The notes: generated by a model not told the origin, from the letters alone. A stretch of DNA of 64,000 bases from Rhynchobatus australiae (GCA_034780895.1 JAUZTB010000098.1:89058201-89122200), one strand, 5' to 3'; numbered from the stretch's first letter, positions 24,626 through 38,799 are shown. Numbers and translations are program-made.

Positions 24626-25689
24626 ACTTACGCCTCAGTTGTTGGAGATACTAAAACATAAAATATCATTTAATTTCTCTCTAAATCTGTTCTTTTTTCT
24701 TATTTTACGTGCAGTAGTGTTCACAATCATTTGCTCTGATTGGTTAACGAGATGCATGGTTCCCTCCGGTTGCAGATGTCTGATTTCTCTTCCAATTTAC
24801 TCAGTTTCCCATTTGAGATATTCATGTTGTCACATGCCTGCTGTAACCCTGTATAATATTTGAATATACATCAAAAATGTGACATTCCTGTTATGCTTAA
24901 AACTGCTCTTTACAGTGAAGCTGAACAGTGGATCATAGTTGGAATCTTGCTTGCTTGTTCCAGCCAAATCAGCAGGACACAGTGTTCTTGTTTTTCACAA
25001 TCTCCCTTCAGTTTTAAGGCAAGTGCACCACCTAATGTAGAAACTGGAAATTGCACCTAATGACACATCTCAACTTCTGTTTTCAAAAATACATACAAAT
25101 TATTGCACAAGCCCAGCAAAATAATTTTTTAAAAACCTTAAATAGTGTAATTAAACACAAAAATGCATTGTTCTGGAGACATCATATATTTTTGAGAAGC
25201 AGTGTATATGAACAAAAGGTAATGCAAAAGATTATAATGAATTAGATATACAATACATATTATTTATATTGAAATATCCGAACTTAGAAGTAAAGCCTAA
25301 ATCAGAGCAGTCATCTGTAAGTATAAATGATTAAATAAAGGTCAAATATTTAATGTTAAGATCACATGTTATTTGATAGTTTGTGATATTCCTGAAGCTG
25401 CTGTTTTGCCACTGATAAAGCAAATATACTATTTTCTACAAGGCATAANNNNNNNNNNNNNNNNNNNNNNNNNNNNNNNNNNNNNNNNNNNNNNNNNNNN
25501 NNNNNNNNNNNNNNNNNNNNNNNNNNNNNNNNNNNNNNNNNNNNNNNNNNNNNNNNNNNNNNNNNNNNNNNNNNNNNNNNNNNNNNNNNNNNNNNNNNNN
25601 NNNNNNNNNNNNNNNNNNNNNNNNNNNNNNNNNNNNNNNNNNNNNNNNNNNNNNNNNNNNNNNNNNNNNNNNNNNNNNNNNNNNNNNNN

Positions 25690-26106
25690 CTGGTTAGACC
25701 GTACTTAGAGTATTGTGTCCAGTTCTGGTCGCCTCATTATAGGAAGGAGGTGGAAGCATTGGAAAGGGTGCAGAGGAGATTTACCAAGATGCTGCCTGAT
25801 TTGGAGAGTATGCATTATGAGGAGAGACTAAGGAAGCTAGGGCTTTACTCTTTGGAGAGAAGGAAAATAATATGATAGAGGTGTATAAAATATTGAGAGG
25901 GATAGATAGAGTAGACAGCCAGTGCCTCTGTCCCAGGGCACCGATGCTGAATACAAGAGGTCATGGCTTTAAAGTAATGGGTAGGAAGTTCAAGGGAGAT
26001 ATCAGAGATGTTTTTCACCCAGAGAGTGATTGGTGCATGTAATGTACTGCCTGGGGTGGTGGTTGAGGCAGGTACATTGGACAAATTCAAGAGATTGCTA
26101 GATAAG
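25690..26106 (+). mobile_element. CR1 LINE ORF2 fragment (continues into the upstream gap)
   Basis: LVRPYLEYCVQFWSPHYRKEVEALERVQRRFTKMLP. Confidence 0.9.
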
Positions 26107-27029
26107 GTGAGTCATCTACATCCAGAAGTGGGGAAAACATGAAAATTCCAGGTAACAGGCTCATACCAGTGAATTCACCACATTTCACTCTCAGTGGGAT
26201 AAAATATGAGATGACAGGCATCAAACATATTTCATATATTCAATTAACATTCATTTGCTGATGTCACCAACAATAATTTCTATAAATTATTTTGATATAG
26301 GTATAGGGCATTGGATCCTGTTCCATTGTGCAGCTGAAACATGGTTAAACTACCTTTTAATTTCCATTGCCCAAACTGGTTTCTTAACCATAAATATAAT
26401 CTCTTTAAGATATTTTGGCAAATTTATATTTAAATTTTCAATTGATCTTGACTTATTTCTTTTAGAGGGAGACAGTTCTGTCTGTAGGAAGAACTACTTC
26501 CTTGCATCACTCACCACACAGCTTAGCTCTAAATATATCATTATATCCCCTTGGTTGGATTCTTCACCAGACCAAGCAATTTCACTATATCTGGTCCTTC
26601 AAATACTTCAATCACATTAAACATCTTAATAACACCACTCATTAATCTTCTGTATATGAGACTATGCAAGCCCTGACTATGCAACCTGTTCTCATATCAT
26701 AACCCTTTTATCAGAGGTATAATTATGTTGATTCTTGATAGCAAATTTCCAGAGGTACAATTCCCAGTATTCTTACTGTGGGCTGACTAAAGGATTATGT
26801 TGTTGTTATTATATAGCATAATTTCCACCCCTATGAATTCCAAAAAACTTGAAATAAGTGCTAACTTTTCAAATTATATTTTCATAACCAAGAGCTTTTA
26901 TGAGTTGTTCTAACTGGACTCAATTAGACTCTGCTGGTCTGCTGTTTCTAATTTTTCATTAATTAGAAAATAATGACACCTCATAATAACCTTTGCAATG
27001 TACATCTTGAACTGAACTTCCAAACCCAT

Positions 27030-27590
27030 CCCATCTTTCAGATGAGGGGTTAAACCAAGAGCCCATCACACTTCTCTGCAGGATGTAACAGATCTCCTGG
27101 CACTAACTTGAAGAAGAACACAGGAATTATCCCACATATCCAGGTCAATATTTAACCATCCTTCAACATCACTAAAGCAAGTATTTTAGTCATGTTTTTG
27201 TTTGTGGAAACTTGATTTGCATTTAAGTAACTGACACATTTACTTCAATACATTAATGATTACACTTCAAAAAGCACTNNNNNNNNNNTCAGTGACATTC
27301 ATAGTGATACAAGAGACTGTAGATGCTGGAAATCAGAAGCAACGCACAAAATGTTGGAGGAACTCAGCAAGTCAGGCAGCATCTATGGAGGGAAATGGAC
27401 AGTCAATGTTTCAGGTTGAGACAGTCCTGATGAGGGTCTCAACCCAAAACGTCAACTGTCCATTTCCCTCCATAAATGCTGCTTGACCCGTTGAGTTCCT
27501 CCAGCATTTTGTGTGTTACTTCAGTGGCAATAATGTGCTTTGGAACACCCTGACATCATCGAAAGTGTGATATAAATCTTTGCTTCTTAT
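27030..27590 (+). mobile_element. Deu-domain SINE interrupted by a PLE-derived fold-back insertion
   Basis: TCTTTCAGATGAGGGGTTAAACCAAG...GAAGAAGA...CAACATCACTAAA...TACACTTCAAAAAGCACT. It resumes after 27522 with GCTTTGGAACACCCTGA...ATATAAAT. Confidence 0.65.
27308..27522. mobile_element. Palindromic (fold-back) Penelope terminal insertion with central hammerhead motif
   Basis: Arms 27336-27422 and 27436-27522 are imperfect reverse complements. The centre reads ACAGTC-CTGATGA-GGGT CTCA ACCC-AAAAC-GTC-AACTGT. Confidence 0.85.
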
Positions 27591-27699
27591 TTATTTCCTC
27601 TCCATCAACTCTATCATTTACCTCCATTTTCATAATATCATCTGTGTCCATTTTTGAATCAACCTATCTTGTACTGAAAGCCTCATTCACACTTTTGTT

Positions 27700-28170
27700 C
27701 TCCAGATACAATCAGACTAATGCTCTCCTGGGTGAACACCTACCTTCATCCTTCTTCAACCAACACCCATTGAGGTTTCAGGTTCCAGAAAGGGCAATTC
27801 TAAATATCTCATGATAAAGTTTCTCCTTGACCTTGCCCCTCTCCACCTTGGTAAACTCCTTCAGGATCATTGCCCTCCATAAGTTCTGCATTGTTCCCTT
27901 CTGACCTCTTTTCCATCTTTTGTTCACTATTAGCAGTGGTGCTATCAACAGCCCACAATTCCCTCCCTCAACCCTTTTTGCTTCTTCTGTATCTCTTTCA
28001 CCTCCTTTGACACCTTCCTTAGCACCTAATTCCTTGATCCAGCTTTTTGTCATCTTTCCCTTGCTTTCCCTATGTTTAGTTTGGTATCAACATTTATGTG
28101 ATTACACTCTTGTAAACAGTCATAGGGTAATTTCTGCACTCAATGTAATGAATAATGCAATTGGAGTTAC
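27700..28170 (+). mobile_element. Old L2-type LINE 3' region
   Basis: CCTTGCCCCTCTCCACCTTGGTAAACTCCTTCAG...AATTCCCTCCCTCAACC...CCTCCTTTGACACCTTCCTTAG...CCAGCTTTTTGTCA resembles an L2 ORF2 end and 3' UTR. Confidence 0.55.
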
Positions 28171-29259
28171 AAACTTCTCTGAGATATGGGTCATTTGTAT
28201 TTCTAAAGCAAAGCTAGCAGATCCTAATTAGCAAATAAATGCATTTAAATATCAGCAATTAAAATCCATCGAAATATAATAGAAATTTCATACATTGATC
28301 ATGAATGATAAAGAAATACCATATATTTCAGGTGAAGGAATTTATCAGAACTATGTAATCAAGTTCAGAACAAATTACCACAACTCTACTAATCTTTTTA
28401 GATTTATTTTGTAGGTATTCTCCACCCCTGTAAACTTCCTTGTGGGTACTATATCCTTAGTTCACAGTGTGGAGAATTGCAAAACCCTCATATGAACATT
28501 AACCCTGTATACATGTACTAATATGGAAGGTAGGACTGACATGGAAAATTTAGTTGTTTACCATATGCTTTAACTTAATAAGAGATACTAACAAAAATGT
28601 ATATAAAATTAGATTTGTAAATGATATACAAAGAAAAAAAACAAATAAAGAATAGCCTGAAGTTCCTTGCTGATTAATAACCAATCAAATATAGAAAAAG
28701 TTTCCCGACAATTCTCAGAACACTGGTGGTGCTGATTTATTAATACCACATACATTGTTTACTCTGTGAGCTCTATGTGAGTAAGGAATTCATTGCACCC
28801 TGTGTATATGACAATAAACTAACCTGAATCTGAATCATCAGCTTTATTCCTTCCATGTGATACTAATTTTCATTTGTCACGAAGCAATATCCCCACCAAC
28901 CACAAAAGCTGCTCTGACACCAGCACAAAAGGAGACCAGAATTAAACCAATTCAACCCCATCAAATTATCAGTCAGTAATGACTGAACAAACACATCAGC
29001 TGACAGATTATTAAATCACCTTGATATTCTCATCATAAAAAAAGCTGAGCTTTACTCGCACCCTTTATATTTCAATCCCTTACTCTCTGGTGTCTGTAAA
29101 TGCAAATGCCATTCATGCAATACCTTTAAAATGCATCTTTGTACATCAGAGCATTTACGCCATTCTTCCATGCTACAGTCTACCAGAATGAGTTTTCTGC
29201 ACTAAATGTCTTACATTTTATCTTATATTACCTTAGTAACTGCACTATAGTTTCATGGT

Positions 29260-29580
29260 CACCCTTACAGTGATGAGACTAGAAATCCAGAAGCATGAGT
29301 TCAAGCTCCTCCAAGGGAGCTAAGGACTTTAAAATTAGTTAATTAACAACTTGCATAAATAAGAATCTAATTGTGACCACAAAGTTTGCTTTGTCATAAA
29401 AACCTATTTGGTTCACTCAGCCTTCAGGGAAGAACAACTACTGTTCCCACCTGCTCTAACCCAGATATAGCTAACATTTAATTGTACTCTGAAATGTCCA
29501 GCAAACCATTCGATTCAACTCAATATAGGCAACAATTCTGGCCTTGCCAGTGAAAACATGTCCTATAAATGAAGAAATCA
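29260..29580 (+). mobile_element. Old tRNA-headed SINE (same family as 44915-45290)
   Basis: CATGAGTTCAAG (B-box-like) ... GTGACCAC ... CTGAAATG ... TGGCCTTGCCAGTGA tail. Confidence 0.5.
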
Positions 29581-31836
29581 ATAAAAACCATCGTACCACA
29601 AAGGGTTCTGAGACTGTGGAAGGTGCTGCCCAAATCAGTGATTAAAGCAGAGATCCTGTCAATATTTAACATACAATTGATGGACAAGACCTTCTCTTTG
29701 CTGCCCAGCACAGCTGTGATGCCCTCCCAGACAAAAAACTAGAGCACATTTTGCAAAAAAAACCACAGGCCAAATAAGGGAAGAAATGGAAAATTTATCG
29801 CTAACTATTTTAAGGTTCATACTAGTTCAGGAGTACACATTGGAAGTGCAAAATGGATTATATTAAACAGATAGTTTAAACACAAGGGGGTAAAGCGATA
29901 AAGAAACAGAAACTCTTCTAGAATTAAGATTATTGCTCATCAACATTAACGGATTGAACTAATAGTTTGACTCAGTATTGAAACAGATATAATTATTTGT
30001 TAGATGGATACACAAGAGACTGCAGATAACATTATTCTTTGTAAGCTTTTTGGAATGAGCATTAACAGTGCTGAAGATGTGGAGACCAAACACCAAGAAC
30101 ATTGACAGTAAAAGGAAAGGTAAGGATGGTTCTGTCAAAGATTTGAGGTAACAGAATTGTAAGGACCTGTAGGACCCACTGAGGCAGTTCTCAAAAATGG
30201 AGAGGACTTTCATGATTTGAGCTTTTTTTTAGGTCACATAAATCTGCCCCAATGCCAGATGGCCGAAAATAAGTAAACTATTTCAGAAAAGCAATATTGT
30301 GAAGTTCAAGAGAAAGCATATTTCTCTCAGGGAATGCAGAGTTCTGCAATGGTAAAACCAAGGCCTTTAGCTGTAATTCCAGCTGCAGAGCTGTTCTGGC
30401 TTCCAGTCACAGTGTTGTTGGAATCAGGGGTCGAGCTTTTCTCCAAGTAAGACAAAAGGTTAGAGCCCCAAACTATTATCGTACATTTCTGAGCAGTTAG
30501 CAGAGGTGAGGGAATAGCTTGCTTGCACATTGTCTAACTGACACACAATAGGGAAACCGAAAGGAAAAGGCAGCACTGGAAATATTAATGAAGATTGAAT
30601 TTTGCAGCAAAAGTAGCATGCTGAACCAAGTGATTGGTGGTGATTCTAGTTAATTTTGCTGTTTAAATTGTAAAAATATTCTCATTATTAAGTGCTTTGC
30701 TTGATAATTTAAATAAAATGACATTAAAAAATTAATGAAAATCCAAAATAAAAGAAAATAAATTACAAATGTGCAGTCATTCAGTCAGGATTAAATATTA
30801 GTTAAGGTGTAATATTTCACCTGCATCAGCATAATCACCAGAGGAAAAAAATTGTTATGGGACAGACAAGAACAAATACATTGATCCTTCCTGAATTATC
30901 GCTATCAGTCCTATTGCAGTGATCGTGCAATCTGACCATACCAGTTCAGATGAAGGTTCACACTTAAAATATAAAGCTAACCTTTACTGTGATGGTCAAT
31001 TTGTTAAACATTTGCAGTATTCTTTCGTCAGTTTAAATAAAAGTGTTCATGGTTATCTTTTTATACTCTTTTATGACAAAGGACAATTAAGTGAATGTAA
31101 TTGCTTGAAAGACAACTAAAGCTTATGTTTACAATTGGAAAGCATATATCACTGGACTTAACAGGACATATTAAAAAATCAGGCAACAACAGCAATAATT
31201 TTCATTTATGTGAAGTGCTTAATGTACATTTAACTTTCACTCTCCATACCTTGAAGCTATTGCAGAAATCTTCTGCTTGTATCCTAGTTCACAAAAAGTT
31301 CCAGTTACCCATCAGTCCTGGATTCTAATGTCTGAAAAGAGTAAAAGGGATAGGGTAGACAAGCATCTTAAAGGAGGGGAGAAAGGATGAACACATAGAT
31401 TTTGTGGATCAAATTGGCAGCTTTAGCAAGGGCATTATCATGATCCACTGGATATTAGTTGGGGAATGTTCATACATACTTTGGATCCATACACAGACTG
31501 ATACAGCCACATACAAAGGTGGTCATCAGGATGAGGGCAACATTGGGTATACTTATGCCCCATTCTCAGGGGACTTGTGCAGTATGACCCATTGGACTCA
31601 CTCCATCTTGGACCCCCAGATGAACTGGAAGATGTTCTGGGTGATTACCGAGGCAAAAGAGCAAAGAACAGGCCACACCTCCACCAAGTACAGCACCCCT
31701 GAGAGGATACCTGATGACCAAGATCTTTCCAGTTATTGACAGGAGAATGCCATTTCCACAAACCCAATTTTTGTTTTACCTTCCCAATCCACTCCGGCCA
31801 ATTCTTGTTACACACCTTCTGAACCAGATCCCCAGC

Positions 31837-32560
31837 GTGCTGAGGTTCTACCCGTCCCTGATGTTGTGGAAGATAGGCCTGGCCCCTCTACCATGCAATG
31901 TCCAAGCCAGCTGAACATTGCCACACTACCTGTCCTTTGTGGAAGAGTTCTTCCAAGTAAACACCTTGACCACAAGTCCATCAGGCACTGGTCAGCACAG
32001 AATGTACTTCAGACACCGAGGGACAGGGACACTATGGATTCTGTGGATTTGTTCCCAGAGCAAACAGTCCAAACCATATGGGAGAATGCCTCACTGCCAG
32101 ATCTGACCAACAAGCACCAAGACCTTGCTTGGCTCGCAGGGAGAGGTGCTCTCCAAGTCAGAGCTTTCCTCTATGAACCATATATCACACCCCTTGTACG
32201 TTGCCCTTGGAACAGCTGTGGTTGGGAAGAAACGGTCATTGACCTCTTTGCAGACTGTGAATTCACTAGGAGTGTGAAGACAGATGCAAGGGTCCCTGTC
32301 TCAGTTCATCCCCAGCAGCTGTGTGGAAGAAGACACTCTGATCTACAGGCTGTTCCTGGGGACACACACCAAGACAGTCATCAAGTGCTGCTGGAAGGTC
32401 ATCAACTTGGTGAAGGGTACCCTTTGGTATCCCAGCACAGCGAGATGTCCGTAAGGAAATGCTGCAGACCGGCACGGTCCAAGCTACAGGAGTACGTCTG
32501 AGGGATGCACCGAAGCTCAGGTGCAGACAATGCTCAGGCTCTATGGGGAAGGACCACATC
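31837..32560 (+). mobile_element. Tx1-like (L1 superfamily) retrotransposon, ORF2 C-terminal fragment with zf-RVT-type zinc knuckle
   Basis: Frameshifted translation VLRFY...PHYLSFVEEFF...DHKSIRHWSAQNVL...IWENASLPDLTNKHQDLAWL..RGAL.VRAFLY...RCPWNSCGWEETVIDLFADC. Confidence 0.85.
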
Positions 32561-32984
32561 TAACACTTGGCTGCTTTTTTTCTTATTATAGTTTTGTTTA
32601 TCAAGAGGTAAGAGGTATTGCCATGAGCTCCTGTGTTGGTTGTTTGATGGAACTAACACTTGTTAGATTATTTCTACTTAACATTCACAAAAGTTAGGGC
32701 TATACTAAAATAGTTAACTGCCTCCCCAGGAAGCTTTCTTTATTTTAGAACATGCCTAGTTAATGTCACATATACCTTATGTGTGGCACAGATAAAAACT
32801 CTGATCTTAACAGGCCATACGCTAATGTAATCCACATTCCAAAAGGGTGTATATCTATTTACTTTTGGACCATCCCTTTGATTTTTCAGTTGGTTGTCTG
32901 GAAATTTCTAAGATATAAATCAGGCAGCAAGCTTAATGTTTTAAAAACAAAGTGTGAGCTTTCTCTGCTTCTGACATTTTGTTT

Positions 32985-34130
32985 TGCAATCCAGGTGTCA
33001 CTGGCAAAGCTGACACTTATTCCCCAGGTCTAATTTCCCTTGCAATGGTGATGATGATCCATCATCTTGAACTGCTGCTGTCCTTATAGTGAATGAATTT
33101 CTATACTGGTGTTGGGTAGAGGGTTCCACGATTTAGACTGAGTAATTATGAAGGGACAAATCAAGAAACTGAGCAATTTACAGCAAAATCTGCACCTGCT
33201 GCCCTTAACCTTTCTTTTGGCAGAGTTTGGAGAAATTGAAGTTGCTCTCAGAGTAGCCTGGGCAGATAACTGCACAATACAACTATGATGCACTGGTGGT
33301 GAAGGTAATAGATGTTTAGGGTGGCTAATGGGTGCCAGTCAAGCAGGCTGCTTTGTCCTGATGGCGTTGTGCTTCTTGGCAGTATTTGATACTGCAGAGA
33401 ATGAAGCAAGTGGAGAATATTCCATCACACTCCTGACTTGTGTCCTACAGATGAAGAAAAAGTCTTCTGTTGTCAGGAGGTGAGTCATGCTGTAGGATAA
33501 ACAGCCTTTGACCTGCTTTTATAGTGACTGCATATATGTAGCTGGTGGTGTTCAGTTTCTGGCCAGTGATGATCCCCAGGGTATTGATGGTGACGGCATG
33601 GTAATGACAAAGATATTGAGTATCAAGAGTGAGTGATTAGAATCTCTCTTGTTAGAAATGGTCAGTGCCTGGTGTTTTTGTGGTGCAAATGTTATGTTAC
33701 TTATCAGTCCATGTCCAAATGGTGTCTAGGTCTGACTGCCTACAGGTATGGACTTCTTCATTTGCTGAGGAGCTGTGAATGGAATTGAAGATTGGGCAAA
33801 CATCCACACTTCTGATCTTATGAAGAAGGAACGTCATTGGCAAAGCTGCCAAAAATGTTTGAGTCTCATACACTGCCCTGAGGAACTCCTGCAGTGATGT
33901 CCTGGGAGTGGAATGATTGACCACTGATAAGCAAAACCATCTCCCTTTGCGTGAGGCATGATTCAAACCACTGGAGAATTTTCCTTTTACTGCCATTGAT
34001 TATGTTTTACAAGGACTCTAGTTTTACCTTAATGTTGCTTTGATGTCAGGACATCAAGTACCGTCATTGTCACCTCACCTCTAGAATTCAGCTCTGGTCC
34101 ATGTTTGGAACAAGGCTATGATGAGATCTG
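32985..34130 (-). mobile_element. Old CR1/L2-superfamily LINE (RT region to 3' end)
   Basis: The minus strand encodes a degenerate QDITAGVPQGSV...FINDLP...SSSANEEVHTC.Q.DLD.I..W.DK and a KSWNPLPN C-terminal motif. Confidence 0.8.
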
Positions 34131-34289
34131 CAGTTAACAAGGAGTCAGTTATAAAACCATAAGACAACAAGAAATAAAAGGAGAAACGGGCTATTCCGTG
34201 CATTGCATTTGCTTTATCGTTCAATAACATCATGGGCTGAGCTTTTACCTCAGCATCACTTTTCTGTACTAAAGCCAGAGCACATAGTA

Positions 34290-34570
34290 CTAGGAGTAAT
34301 TTAGTGGCATGTTTTGAGAGATGGTTAATGGACAGAAATCAGGAGAAAGAAAAAGTCATTTTCAGGTTGAGGTGCTGTAACTGGTGAGGTATAGCAGGAG
34401 TTGGTGTTGGGACATCAGCTATTCACAAAAATATATCAATGATATGATGAGGTGATCAAGTGTAACTTATCCCATCTTGCTGATGACACAGAATAAGATG
34501 GCAGTGTGGAAGATACTGTGAGGCTTCCAGGAACGTACACACAGATTATGTGAGAATGGGCACAGTCATG
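34290..34570 (+). mobile_element. Decayed CR1 RT fragment
   Basis: Remnants of the VTSGVPQG.VLG...LF.IYINDL...FADDT motifs (GTAACTGGTGAGGTATAGCAGG, TTGCTGATGACACA). Confidence 0.6.
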
Positions 34571-35323
34571 GAGTAAAGAAAGAGGCCACAGGGAACATGT
34601 AGATAAACTCAGTTTAAAAACTTCAAATACTAACATTTACCTTAATCCCTCAACTATTCTCTTCTAGTGAAGTTAATGGGAAGAAGCTCACTACACCGGA
34701 TGTAATCTAGTGCAGCTTTTGTGTGCAGATTCCAGCCATTGGCGATGGATAATCTCCACAGTTCTGCACTGCAATGCTCAACTCAGTGAAGAGCCCACAA
34801 AATCCAAGTTAGTGTTAAGAAAGGGATAGGGAGACTTGGATCATCACNNNNNNNNNNNNNNNNNNNNNNNNNNNNNNNNNNNNNNNNNNNNNNNNNNNNN
34901 NNNNNNNNNNNNNNNNNNNNNNNNNNNNNNNNNNNNNNNNNNNNNNNNNNNNNNNNNNNNNNNNNNNNNNNNNNNNNNNNNNNNNNNNNNNNNNNNNNNN
35001 NNNNNNNNNNNNNNNNNNNNNNNNNNNNNNNNNNNNNNNNNNNNNNNNNNNNNNNNNNNNNNNNNNNNNNNNNNNNNNNNNNNNNNNNNNNNNNNNNNNN
35101 NNNNNNNNNNNNNNNNNNNNNNNNNNNNNNNNNNNNNNNNNNNNNNNNNNNNNNNNNNNNNNNNNNNNNNNNNNNNNNNNNNNNNNNNNNNNNNNNNNNN
35201 NNNNNNNNNNNNNNNNNNNNNNNNNNNNNNNNNNNNNNNNNNNNNNNNNNNNNNNNNNNNNNNNNNNNNNNNNNNNNNNNNNNNNNNNNNNNNNNNNNNN
35301 NNNNNNNNNNNNNNNNNNNNNNN

Positions 35324-35500
35324 AATGGGATTTGGTTTTTTGCTCTAATTGTGTTCTTTCTTATATAATTTTGCATAATTTATGTTTTTCTTGTGAATGT
35401 TGTGTCTCTAATGCTATGTGCCTGTGATGCCACTGCAAGTAAGTTTTTCATTGCACCTATGCACACATGTACTTGTGCAATAAACTTGACTTTGACTTTA
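35324..35500 (+). mobile_element. Rex1/Babar 3' UTR and tail (body probably in the upstream gap)
   Basis: Closely parallels 23010-23187 and ends AATAAACTTGACTTTGACTTT. Confidence 0.8.
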
Positions 35501-38500
35501 TCTCAACTTATCTGAAATGCCTTGAAGCTTCTTTGCATTTTCCTCACAGCTCATAATCCCATACAGTTTCATATCATTGTTGAACTTAGAAATATTCCAT
35601 TCATTTCCCTCATCTAAGTCAGTGAAGTGTTGCATCACTGATGTCAAATCAGCAAGGCACATTGATTAATAACATGATCAAGCTACACTGTACACCTCAA
35701 GCAGGTGTTAAATGCATGTGTGCCACATATCTTACTAATATGTTACCTGATGCAACTGTTGTCACATATGTGCACATATATGAAACACCACTCAGGAAAC
35801 AAAATCATGATGTCCAAAGAATACATACTGCAGATCTGAAACTTTTCATACCACAAATATAAAAGGTAAAACTGTAAAGTTAAAGCCTGTTTTCACTGGA
35901 TTGTCTTTTTTAAAAAGAGGTTTCTTGGCATCCATCTGTCTAGATAGAACCATGAAATGTAACAAGAGAGGGGTGAAATTTGTTGTGGGCAGAGCATACC
36001 AACTTCCTTGTTGTTTAGTTTTCCACTCCTTTCAGCATTCTCCAGCAGAGGCTAATTGACAGTGGGAGTTGAGAAGGTCACTGAGACGTCTGGATCCTTG
36101 GTGTAAAGTAGGACTTCTTACCCAATGGAATTTAAGGATAGAGAAACAGACAAATTAACGTGAAGGAAATGGGATGAATTAAACTCAAATTAAAGACAGG
36201 AAGTAGAGGGAAAGAAAGAGACAAAATAAAGACAAAAAGAAATTATGTTTTTTGTTGCAGTAGGCAGAATCTATAGTTTAAATTGTTCCTTTACTTTAAA
36301 GGGGCCTTACATCATTAAATACTACTCCAACTTTTAGCACTGAGTCAAATTTGTTTAATATGGGAAATCCATTAGTTTCTCAAAATTCACTGAGCCATTC
36401 CTTTATGAGTTATTTCATACTCCTTCCTTCTCCTTTCAGCTTTTTATTGCAGAATTTTCAAAGCCTTTATTGAAGGATTTTCAAAGATTAATGCAAAATA
36501 TGTTGTATTTGCAAATAGACTTTGTCATCCAAAACAGAGGGATTATCTCTGATAAATTAGGCTCAGCATGTGCATGGCTTCTACAGGTAGATCACATTCA
36601 CTCGTATGTCTGCAACAACACAGGATCCATTCTATTATCCCGTGCAAACAAACTGCAGTGCTTTAATTTTTCTCAGCATTTACAGTTTGTTCAGGATGTG
36701 TGGTCTGTTTATTTTAAAGTGCTTTACCTAAAATCTATTGCTAGAAGCAAATTTGCATTTTTCTTAACCTTAGTTTCTCATTTGTTTCAGTATACCTCAT
36801 TCCATATTAACTACAATCTCATCCCGAACCCATCCCAATAAATCTGCACAGAGTCAGTGAAACATGAAATCTGAAAATTGATTTGCAAGGTCTGTAAGAT
36901 ATTCAAAGCTGTTATCCAAACAGATCACAGGCCAGGATAGGGAGTCAACTAAAACCTCTCTGCCCTGGCAAATATAATTCACTCAATCCTTTGTCTTTTC
37001 ACTGGAGCACTTTAATTTGTCCTGAATACCAGTCTTCAATGAAAATAAAGGAAACCTTTATAGAGGTTCCAAGATCCTACTGGATATGAAAATGTGATTT
37101 CCTAATGGATCTATGGCAGAACCACTCATGAGCTGCGCAAGTCAATTCTTACAAGGAGACTCTTATTTATTCAATGTGGCCCCAGGGATATTCTATTTAT
37201 ACCATGTTTAATGATGAAGTTTCCACTGGTTATTTCCTTTCTACAAATAGTTGTCATCTGTTATATGTCAGTGAAGTTGTTGGACCACCTTAACATTTTT
37301 AATGGCAGTAAGGAGCTGACAGGATAGCTGGCTCTTTACTAATGTTAGGAATCCCTCCAGCCGTCAGGTGCCTGTAGCAGAGGTAGCAAATGAACTCATT
37401 GCTGCTGATTCACTGCTCTCTAAAAGCAGGCACTGTTCTAAATATCTGTGGCACTAGATTGCTTAGCACTCATTAACTTAACAGGAACCCTGATTTATTA
37501 TCGGGCTCTATAAGTCTAAGTTAATTATGCTCACAGCTCTAAGCTAATCATCATTAGGAGCACAGAAAAGTGCATGGCTGGAAAAGACTGCAGCCAACTT
37601 GGTCATTTACCAAAAACCAATGTGCCTCAATCGTTTGCTCATTCCACTATCTATTTAATTCAACATAATGTCTGCCTCATCTGGACAATTACTCATATTC
37701 TATGTGAAGAAGTTAAATAAAAACCATCTAAACACCTTTCTTTTCTAAGCTTCTAACTTATAGAATTTGTTTGGTACTGCAACACATAAGTGAAATTCAA
37801 TTTATCAACCACTAAGTATTTGGCTAAGTTCTGTCTGCAGATTTCTCTCTTTAAGAGTGTGTATTCACATACCCTTCACTCTGAGCTCACACTTCGGATG
37901 CCTGAAGTTAAGTACCAGTTTTATCCTGTCTCCAAAGTCTGGATATACTTGCTGGAACAGCATTTGTACATGATACTTAACTACTTTGTGCATATTCAAA
38001 ATGACAAGCATTAATGCAGGCAGCGGGAGGGAGTGGTGGGGGGAGATGGAAGAGGAACTAAGAAGGTCCATATTAGACAAAGAATCCAGAAAGACCAAAG
38101 ATCTGGGGAAACTGCTGATCTGATTGGGAGAGCCTCATTTTAATAATTTCAGGCTGATTCATACCCAACAAACCAATAATTAGGAGGATTAATTTAAAGG
38201 AAATACCTAAATAACAGGGATTTGCCAAAAACCTGCCTAAAAATTCCAGTACATCCAAGGCCTAGAAAGCATTGGTGGGAGAAGGGCGGCCAGGGGAGCA
38301 AAAGGATTCACACCCAGGGTTAGGGATGGAGAAAAGCGACTGAAGTCAAAACCATCAGGGGTCAGGGATCACCTGTTAGGAGTTAGGACCATGTGGTTGA
38401 GGAACTCGAGATTAAGTAGAGAGGTGAAGGGTGGGAGCTGAGGGAATTGTGCCTTTGGTAGATGAGGACCAATGCACTGGGATGGAACCCGGAGGTAATG

Positions 38501-38799
38501 GGGATTGGTACCGTCTGGGAATCAGGAAATCGGGGCTTCAGGGGATTAGGGCTGAGGCCTCGGGGAGTTGAAGACAAGACTGAAAGAAGCTGGTCGGGCT
38601 GAGGTGAGGGGCAGAGGGTCATGTATGGTTTATGTTGAGTAGTGTTGAGCTCCAAAGGATCAAAGGTAAGTACAGAATTTAGTTAATGGTGATCCTCAGT
38701 ACTAAAGAAACAAAGGACTGCAGATGTTGGAATCTCAATGAAACACGACGATGCTGGAGGAACTCAGCAGGCCAGGCAGCATCCATAGAGAAAAGCAGG

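Noticed and set aside
31866-32501. 211-aa ORF with a Cys-rich motif
   Set aside because: It is a frameshifted Tx1-like ORF2 remnant with a degenerate zinc knuckle, and there is no sign of domestication.
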